This document shows positions 25,679 through 32,000 of a DNA stretch of 32,000 bases, piece after piece (the first letter of the stretch is position 1; each line of letters begins with the position of its first letter). The notes beneath the pieces were generated by a model, which worked only from the letters and a program-made list of their open reading frames with translations, was not told where the DNA came from and did no database searches. The position numbers and the translations under genes are program-made. Origin of the DNA: Telmatocola sphagniphila (GTDB lineage: Bacteria; Planctomycetota; Planctomycetia; Gemmatales; Gemmataceae); assembly GCF_018398935.1 (NCBI RefSeq), contig NZ_CP074694.1, positions 5,610,001 through 5,642,000 on the forward strand, read 5' to 3'.

Positions 25679-26376
25679 CCCACAACCCACTTTGCTACTC
25701 TCTTCTCTCTCGATTACTCTACAGCGTGCAGGGAATCGGTCCATTTCAGGATTACAAAAGCCTGCCTGCGAGCTTCGTCTGTTTGATTCTCGCAGTGATC
25801 CTACCAGCAGTTCAGAACTTTTCAGAGAAGGAGGTCATCGATTGGGTTCAAAATCGGTTTTCGACGAATAGCCCCAAAACAGGCGTATTTCCCAAGAAAT
25901 AACCTAAGGTCATCAAAGTCGCGTTTTCCACTATGTGAAAAATGATGATCTGATGACCTCTCTAGGGAAATCCCTTAAAGAAATACCGTTTTTGGTCGAG
26001 AAAAGATCGGGTAGTATCTGACAAATTGTCCAATTCAGGCTTGATTCGACAACATTTTGCTCGAATTTGATCTCACTGACGGCAGCAAAGGGAATTAGTA
26101 ATCGAAAAGAAGGTAATCGAGGGGAGGAGGCATCGTGCAATCGATTGGAGACATCTCTTTTAGCCAACACGATTGGATCGAGCGAACCATCAAAGGAGGT
26201 ATCGAAGAGAGTTGAGAAAGCGGAGATTTAACTCATCAACGATTCGTTTTCGGAACTGCGGGCATGGCAAACAATCGTGTAACTGGCTTAAAAAATCGGA
26301 GCCGGTGGAACCGCCTTATGGGAGGTTGCTGCGACCGGCTCCTACGAAAACTTTGAGCTTGAACAGTCCGTCGGGT

Positions 26377-26401
26377 CGTGCGGAGGAATTTCAACCGCAC
26401 G
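26377..26401 (-). terminator. hairpin 10 nt downstream of the metalloprotease stop
   Basis: CGTGCGG-N11-CCGCACG is a 7-bp stem. No U-tract follows on the minus strand. Confidence 0.35.
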
Positions 26402-26410
26402 AGGGATTGA

Positions 26411-28888
26411 TTACTTCTTGGCTTCAGACAAGATTGTCTTCAGTTCACTTTGCAGATCGGCCAGATGAGCAAGCGTCGTCCCATCCTTGGTTTTCGCTTT
26501 GGCGGCCGTGATCTCCGTATCCAGCTTGTTCAAAGCAACGCGAGCCACGCTACGCAGTTCGTTGTTCTTCGGCCCACTATCCGGGGCTGCCATTCGGCGT
26601 GGCCCGGGGGGCGTCGGTGCGGCTTCCGAGGCAACAGGAGTTTGGCTGAATTCCGTCTTCAAAATTTCCAGGTAGCCGAACTGGAGGGTGCGACGCAGAG
26701 GGTCGATCTTCGGTGCATCCTGCTTCAACTCGGAAAACAGCCCAGCCTGCAATTCGTTGACGAGTTCTGAAACGGTGTAAGCCTTCTCTCCAATGAGAAT
26801 TTCTGAATCATGTAACCGTTCGATGCGCGGCGAAGAGAGAAGTGTCGCTAGCAATCCCCGTTGCTGATTGGAAATCGTCGCCGCCGCCCCCGTGTATTTG
26901 AACTGATTCACGATAGCCGGATTCAACAGTTTGGTCGGTGTCGTGAACGCATTGTCGAGTAAGAATTTGACCGCAGCCTTCTGCTTTTCCTTCGGAACTC
27001 GGACGAAAGTTTCCCCTTCGCGACCGGCCAGGATGCGGTTTTCTACAACGCCGCCTACTTCTTTGGCGACGGCCTGGAACCAGCGACTCCGGTGGGCCAA
27101 TATGTTACTGTAGACTTCTTCCAGAACGTTGAATTCTTCTCCTTTTTCCGTGGTTGCCGGGACCAGATAATCGAGAACGCGATCCAGATTTTTCAGTCCC
27201 AGAGCGGTGGACTCGACGCGGTCGCTGCCGATATTTTCGGTCAGAACAGTCGGGTCAACACCTGCGGGGCCGTCTTCCCCCCCAAAGCGCAGGAAGGGAT
27301 TTTTGATCTGCTCGGCGGCCCATTCATCCAGCGTTTTCTTTTCGTCGTCGGGCGATTTGGCTCCGGCAATATTCTTGTAACCCCAGTCGATGGCAAAGAA
27401 ATCGTAGGGAGCAATGATCGGGAACAGATGCTTGACGTTGTCTTCGGGCTGGGCAACGTAGTTGAACCGGCCGTAGGACATAATGGAAGCGACCGATCCG
27501 TTTTTGGCCGCGAATTCCGGGTTGCGAAGTTGCTCGATGGAGTACGCCTGGCTGGCCCGGTGGTTGTGACGAAGACCCAGAGTGTGACCGACTTCGTGGG
27601 TCGTGATATAGCGTAGGAGCTCGCCGGTCAGCTCGTCCGGAAGCGGGAATTTTCGGGCCTTAGGATCCAGGGCCGAGCATTGGATGAAGTACCAGACCTG
27701 GGAGAGTTTCACCACATCGTGCCAGAAAATGATATGAGAGGAGATGATTTCTCCCGAACGCGGATCGTGAACGTGCGGCCCCATCGCATTAGCGACTGGC
27801 TCGGCGACCCAGCGGATCACCGAATAGCGAGCGTCTTCGGGATCGAAGTTCGGATCTTCTGCCTTAGTCGGAGCATCCTTGCAGAGAATCGCGTTTTTGA
27901 AACCGGCTTTTTCAAAAGCTTTCTGCCAGTCCTCGACACCCTTCTTGAGCGACGGCCGCCATTTCTCTGGAATTTCCTTCGAAAGATAGAACACGATCGG
28001 TTTCACCGGTTCGCTGATCTCTGCGTTGGGATCCTTCTTTTCCAGTCGATAACGAGTGATGAATTTTCGCTCGGTGGCCCAGCCTTTGGAGAAATCGGTG
28101 AAGCCTTCGGTGAAGTAACCCACCCGCGAGTCGAAGAGCCGACCGGTCATCGGTGTTTCGGGAAGCAGGACCAGACTCTGATGCACGAGAGCGGTAACGC
28201 TCTTGGGGGAACCACCTGGTCCCGCGGCCGGGCCGGGGCGGAAGGTCATGATCGAACGTGATTCGATGTTGGTTGGAAAGTTCTTAACTTCTGAGAGATA
28301 GCTTCGGCTGCCATCGACGGATCCCGCGGGACCGCCCGAGGCACGAGTTAAAGAGAGATCGGGATAACCGTTTATGAGTACATCCGAAACGTTTATGACT
28401 GACGAGCGGTCTTTACCTTCGCACTCCACTTCGAAGGCTGCGATAATAGTATCCGTCGAGGACGCTTCAATCGAGGCGAGCACCGCCCCCCCGCTGGCCC
28501 GCTTAGAAAAACCGACGCGCCAGACGTAGATCTTGTGGCCCCGGCGCTCGAACTTCAACACGGCAGAGCCGAGCGATGTCCCGCCCCAACTCTGGCCACC
28601 CGGTCCCTTAGCGACTTCGGCCTGCCAGAGGAACAGCCGTCCAAGTTTGTCCTGGGGGATCTCGAAAAAGACTTTGTCCTCTAATCGGTGAACTGCAAAA
28701 ACGCCCGCCTGGGTCACGTACTCCTTGGTGATCACATCGTCATACTTTTTGATATCGCTCTTGGCGGCTTGTTTGCCTCGAGGGCCGCCGGGGAATTCTC
28801 CCTTGCCTCTCTCTTGGGATTGCACGGGTCCGACGGCCAAGATGAGGCCGATACCCAGCAAGAAAAGTGTGAAAAATCGAAAACGCAT
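26411..28888 (-). CDS. secreted zinc-dependent metalloprotease (DUF5117/DUF4953-type)
   Basis: 825 aa with the signal peptide MRFRFFTLFLLGIGLILAVGPVQS. The zincin motif is THEVGHTLGLRHNH, followed by SIMSYGRFNY. The overall layout matches the large 'zinc-dependent metalloprotease' family of Bacteroidota and Planctomycetota. Confidence 0.85.
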   Translation of the reverse strand: MRFRFFTLFLLGIGLILAVGPVQSQERGKGEFPGGPRGKQAAKSDIKKYDDVITKEYVTQAGVFAVHRLEDKVFFEIPQDKLGRLFLWQAEVAKGPGGQSWGGTSLGSAVLKFERRGHKIYVWRVGFSKRASGGAVLASIEASSTDTIIAAFEVECEGKDRSSVINVSDVLINGYPDLSLTRASGGPAGSVDGSRSYLSEVKNFPTNIESRSIMTFRPGPAAGPGGSPKSVTALVHQSLVLLPETPMTGRLFDSRVGYFTEGFTDFSKGWATERKFITRYRLEKKDPNAEISEPVKPIVFYLSKEIPEKWRPSLKKGVEDWQKAFEKAGFKNAILCKDAPTKAEDPNFDPEDARYSVIRWVAEPVANAMGPHVHDPRSGEIISSHIIFWHDVVKLSQVWYFIQCSALDPKARKFPLPDELTGELLRYITTHEVGHTLGLRHNHRASQAYSIEQLRNPEFAAKNGSVASIMSYGRFNYVAQPEDNVKHLFPIIAPYDFFAIDWGYKNIAGAKSPDDEKKTLDEWAAEQIKNPFLRFGGEDGPAGVDPTVLTENIGSDRVESTALGLKNLDRVLDYLVPATTEKGEEFNVLEEVYSNILAHRSRWFQAVAKEVGGVVENRILAGREGETFVRVPKEKQKAAVKFLLDNAFTTPTKLLNPAIVNQFKYTGAAATISNQQRGLLATLLSSPRIERLHDSEILIGEKAYTVSELVNELQAGLFSELKQDAPKIDPLRRTLQFGYLEILKTEFSQTPVASEAAPTPPGPRRMAAPDSGPKNNELRSVARVALNKLDTEITAAKAKTKDGTTLAHLADLQSELKTILSEAKK

Positions 28889-29354
28889 ACTTTATGCTCC
28901 GTGGTTGTAGCTTTCTAGTTTAACTTCTGGGATATCTGTGTCGACTAGGTAGGACTTACTAGGCTCAGATATGGTTCAATTCGAATCCTACAAGCTTAAT
29001 TATTTGCATATTCGGCAATATCCGCGCATTGATATCTCGTTCCCGATTCTTGAAGGGAGTTGCTCAATCAGACATTTCTACCTTCGAACCGATCCTCAGG
29101 AGAACTCTTCGACTTTCCTTCGGGGCATTGGTTTGGAAACATTTTCCGGGATCGACAAGGCTGGGTCGGCTCCTCCTATTCCACTTCTAGGCGTTCACGT
29201 GTCGCGTAATCCAGATTTCGATTGAGGAGAACCCCTAAGAATACGTTTACCGGGATTACTCACAGCCTCGGGTCGATGCGGCCGCCCTATGGCGATTCTT
29301 TCCCTCTGGCTGTATATTTCGAAAAAGATTCTCTTCGTATCTCGAGTACACACT

Positions 29355-30737
29355 ATGCCAAAGTCTCATTTGCTCGCCGCACTTTTGTTTGGTCTTCTAC
29401 TGTTTCCTTCACTAACTCGAGCCACTGAACGGCCCAATATTCTTTTGCTTCTCACCGACGATCAGGCGGAATGGTCTCTGGGTTGCTACGGCAACAAAGA
29501 GTCGAAATCTCCGACTTGCGACAAGCTGGCTGCCGAAGGGGCTCTATTCAAAAATGCCTTTGTCACAACGCCGGTTTGCAGTCCGAGTCGAGCGACTTTT
29601 ATGACCGGCCTGCAAAGCACCCAGTGCAAGATCGGCGATTGGATTACACCGGCTCAAGGGACCAATGGTCTGGGACTCGATCCCCAACTACCGACCTGGC
29701 CGAAAATACTTCATACAGCGGGTTATCGAACCGGCTTGGTGGGTAAATGGCACTTGGGAAATCAGGCGAAATATCACCCTCTGGCTAATGGATTCGATTT
29801 CTTTGCCGGATATCTCGACGGCGGCTGGGATCCGAAAGATCCGCTGTTGGAAATCGATGGCAAACAGACAAAGATCGATGACTTCAGCGTCGATCGCTCC
29901 GCTGCGGATGCGATACGATTCCTGGATCAATCGGCGGGAAAACCCTTCGCCCTCTGCGTGCATTTCCGGGAGCCGCATACTCCCTACGTGCCGATGCCCG
30001 AAGCCGATTCCGCACTATTCAAAAACCTCAATCCAACCATCCCCGATTACCCGAATCTGAGAGTCGAACAAGTCAAAACCTGGACGAAACAGTACTACGC
30101 CTGCGTCCACGCCATCGACCGGAATGTGGCCAAAATCCTCGCGAAACTCGACGACTTGAAGCTCGCGGAAAATACGCTCGTGATCTTCACCAGCGACCAC
30201 GGCTACAACATCGGCCATCACGGCATCCACAGTAAAGGTAATGGTAACTGGTGCACCACCGACAATAAGGGGGTACGGCCCAATATGTGGGACACCTCTC
30301 TGCGGATCCCGGTTATCATCCGCTGGCCGGGGGTCATCAAGCCGGGCACGGTTTACGAGGAATGGTTCAGCAACCAGGATCTGTTCCCAACGCTTCTCGG
30401 CGCTGCCGGGGTCGAAATCCCAAGAGATTGGCAGGGAAAAGGGCACGATCTCTCGACTCTGATGCGCGGCAAACCGTACCAAAAGCGCGAAGTCCTTTTC
30501 GGGCAATACGACATTTCGAACACGGCTTCGCAGAGAATGCGGATGATCCGGACGAAAGATTGGAAGCTCGTTCGCCACTATGAAGTGGAAGGGCAGGATG
30601 AACTCTTCGATCTGAAGAACGATCCCGGGGAGCTTCGGAATTTGTATCGGGAGGAACAGCAAAAGGCCGTCCGGGAGCAATTGCAGATGAAGTTGATCGA
30701 ATGGATGAAATCGATTGAAGACCCCGCCGCTAAGTAA
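29355..30737 (+). CDS. sulfatase (formylglycine-dependent arylsulfatase family)
   Basis: Signal peptide, then PNILLLLTDDQ and the FGly motif CSPSRATFMTG, with GKWHLG and TSDHG. I prefer ATG 29355 over the tracked 29289. Confidence 0.9.
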   Translation: MPKSHLLAALLFGLLLFPSLTRATERPNILLLLTDDQAEWSLGCYGNKESKSPTCDKLAAEGALFKNAFVTTPVCSPSRATFMTGLQSTQCKIGDWITPAQGTNGLGLDPQLPTWPKILHTAGYRTGLVGKWHLGNQAKYHPLANGFDFFAGYLDGGWDPKDPLLEIDGKQTKIDDFSVDRSAADAIRFLDQSAGKPFALCVHFREPHTPYVPMPEADSALFKNLNPTIPDYPNLRVEQVKTWTKQYYACVHAIDRNVAKILAKLDDLKLAENTLVIFTSDHGYNIGHHGIHSKGNGNWCTTDNKGVRPNMWDTSLRIPVIIRWPGVIKPGTVYEEWFSNQDLFPTLLGAAGVEIPRDWQGKGHDLSTLMRGKPYQKREVLFGQYDISNTASQRMRMIRTKDWKLVRHYEVEGQDELFDLKNDPGELRNLYREEQQKAVREQLQMKLIEWMKSIEDPAAK

Positions 30738-30914
30738 GACAAGCTGACGATTACTCCCAGTTCTACTTGTTCGTTAACGCGGTTGGGTTCGGGTATGGGC
30801 AAGTGGAAATATAATGGTCCCCAAATCTGATTTTCGGGGATTGCCTCTTCGGCTTCGGCTTAGAAGCTGAATACTTCGCTTGGGCAGACACCGCTAGGAT
30901 TTTCAACCATCGAC

Positions 30915-31955
30915 TCACTTCATTGCCGCCAGCTTCTTCCGAGTTTCACTCAGTACCTCCGCCAGCTTGACAGGTATTCCCCCTTGAGATTTGCTTTTAT
31001 GAACCGCTTCCATGAAAGTAAATATCTCGATGGTTTCCTCTGCGGTCACAGGCGGCTGACGAAAGCGTACAAAATTGGCAATTTCGATAGCCAGGCCCTT
31101 ATATGCCATGTACTCGCCGTGCGGTGCGACCCATTTGGTCGGCACGTCATAGCCGTAGTCTCCGGATGGCGATATTCCCTTGTCTCCGAAGACCATCGCC
31201 CGATAGGTGATGGCTCCCTTCTTGATTCCGCGATAAGTGCCGACTCTACCGTCTTTCCAGACTCCCGTGGCGAACTCGGCTTCTTCGGTGCATGCCCGGG
31301 TGACCGAAGTGCAGCCAGGGCCCATGATCGTATAGAGAGTTTCCACACCGTGCACAGCTTTCCAGATGGTATCGGGGTGCAAAGGATCGTTCGGGCAACC
31401 GCCCCAGACACTACAACCCTGGACTTTGCCGACTTCCGGATGGTTGCGCATGCCGATAAATCCCGGAACGAAGCGGTGTTGAGAGCAGGAGAAAAGCGGC
31501 GTGTGGTTAGACTTCGCCAGATCGAACAGAGTGAGGACATCGGCGAGGGAAGTGGCCATGGGTCGGCCGATATAGACCGGTTTGCCCGATTTCACAACTG
31601 CCTGGAATTCCTTCAAATGCGCTCGGCCATCGAGGCTCATGATCAAAATGGCATCGCTACGTTCGACCACTTTGTCGATCGAGTCAAAAATCTCGACTCC
31701 CTGCTTTTTCATTCCTTCCACCCATTTTGGCAACGACTGAACGCTCTCTTCAATGTCCGGGCTGCCTCCGGGATAGGCCGCGACGACTCGGATTCCCTGC
31801 AGTTCAGCGGGCGCTTTCGGATTGTGAAATTGCGAGGTGAAATCGAGAGCCTGATAATTGTCGAGACCGACGATGCCGAGTTTCACAACCGGCTTTTCAG
31901 CGCCTTGGGTTGTGGATGTGAAAAGTAAAAGAAAAACAAAGAGACTGTAACGCAT
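30915..31955 (-). CDS. secreted Gfo/Idh/MocA-family oxidoreductase-like protein
   Basis: Signal peptide, then KLGIVGLDNYQALDFTSQFHNP...VVAAYPGGSPDIEES...AILIMSLDGRAHL...GKPVYIGRPMA. This resembles the 'GLDTSH' subgroup of Gfo/Idh/MocA proteins common in Planctomycetes and Verrucomicrobia. Confidence 0.7.
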   Translation of the reverse strand: MRYSLFVFLLLFTSTTQGAEKPVVKLGIVGLDNYQALDFTSQFHNPKAPAELQGIRVVAAYPGGSPDIEESVQSLPKWVEGMKKQGVEIFDSIDKVVERSDAILIMSLDGRAHLKEFQAVVKSGKPVYIGRPMATSLADVLTLFDLAKSNHTPLFSCSQHRFVPGFIGMRNHPEVGKVQGCSVWGGCPNDPLHPDTIWKAVHGVETLYTIMGPGCTSVTRACTEEAEFATGVWKDGRVGTYRGIKKGAITYRAMVFGDKGISPSGDYGYDVPTKWVAPHGEYMAYKGLAIEIANFVRFRQPPVTAEETIEIFTFMEAVHKSKSQGGIPVKLAEVLSETRKKLAAMK

Positions 31956-31964
31956 GAATCGCCC

Positions 31965-32000
31965 TTATTTTTTCTTCAGGCACTCGAAGTTGATGTTGCC
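31965..32000 (-). CDS. 3' end of an unidentified gene running off the window
   Basis: The minus-strand frame is open to the window edge and ends ...GNINFECLKKK* with a stop at 31965-31967. It is too short to identify. Confidence 0.3.
   Translation of the reverse strand, partial: GNINFECLKKK

Noticed and set aside
25209-25715. CGATT at 25209-25213 and at 25711-25715 as a possible 5-bp TSD defining a longer copy B.
   Set aside because: The sequence preceding 25711 (…CTCTTCTCTCT) has no similarity to the element's TIR. A 5-mer match within a ~40-nt search window is expected by chance at a few percent.

Overview
The window looks like a Planctomycetota chromosomal segment, judging by a DUF1549/DUF1553 planctomycete-cytochrome protein paired with a Tat-signal DUF1501 protein, many secreted hydrolases and frequent GTG/TTG starts. 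Bases 1-17290 and 26411-32000 carry ordinary, confidently recognisable genes. These are a yebC-family fragment, glycogen debranching enzyme plus a GH63-like glucosidase, a PAS-GAF-REC regulator, an AbgB-like M20 amidohydrolase, aqpZ, hsp20, the DUF1501/DUF1553 pair, a TPR lipoprotein, rex, a zinc metalloprotease, a sulfatase and a Gfo/Idh/MocA oxidoreductase. A tRNA-Gln(UUG) at 17295-17365 is followed by about 9 kb of visibly more AT-rich, poorly coding accessory DNA (about 17366-26410). This stretch looks like a decayed island or prophage remnant that has collected mobile elements. It holds an intact IS1380-family element (direct repeat TCTAGG) that splits a small zinc-ribbon ORF, and an intact single-ORF IS66-family element (8-bp TSD CGCAAGGG). 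It also holds a 250-bp MITE-like element (imperfect TIRs, 5-bp TSD AGTTT) that splits a phage-like ORF, and a rearranged second copy of that element 6.7 kb downstream. The only nuclease-like cargo is an HNH_5-like protein with an unassigned C-terminal domain. I found no integrase, CRISPR array, reverse transcriptase or recognisable multi-gene defence operon. The most unusual non-coding items are the structured repeat family (18465-18714 and 25214-25678) and a symmetric 400-bp hairpin-rich element between the convergent hsp20 and DUF1501 genes (10275-10673). All calls rest on reading the sequence and recalling family motifs; no database search was possible.
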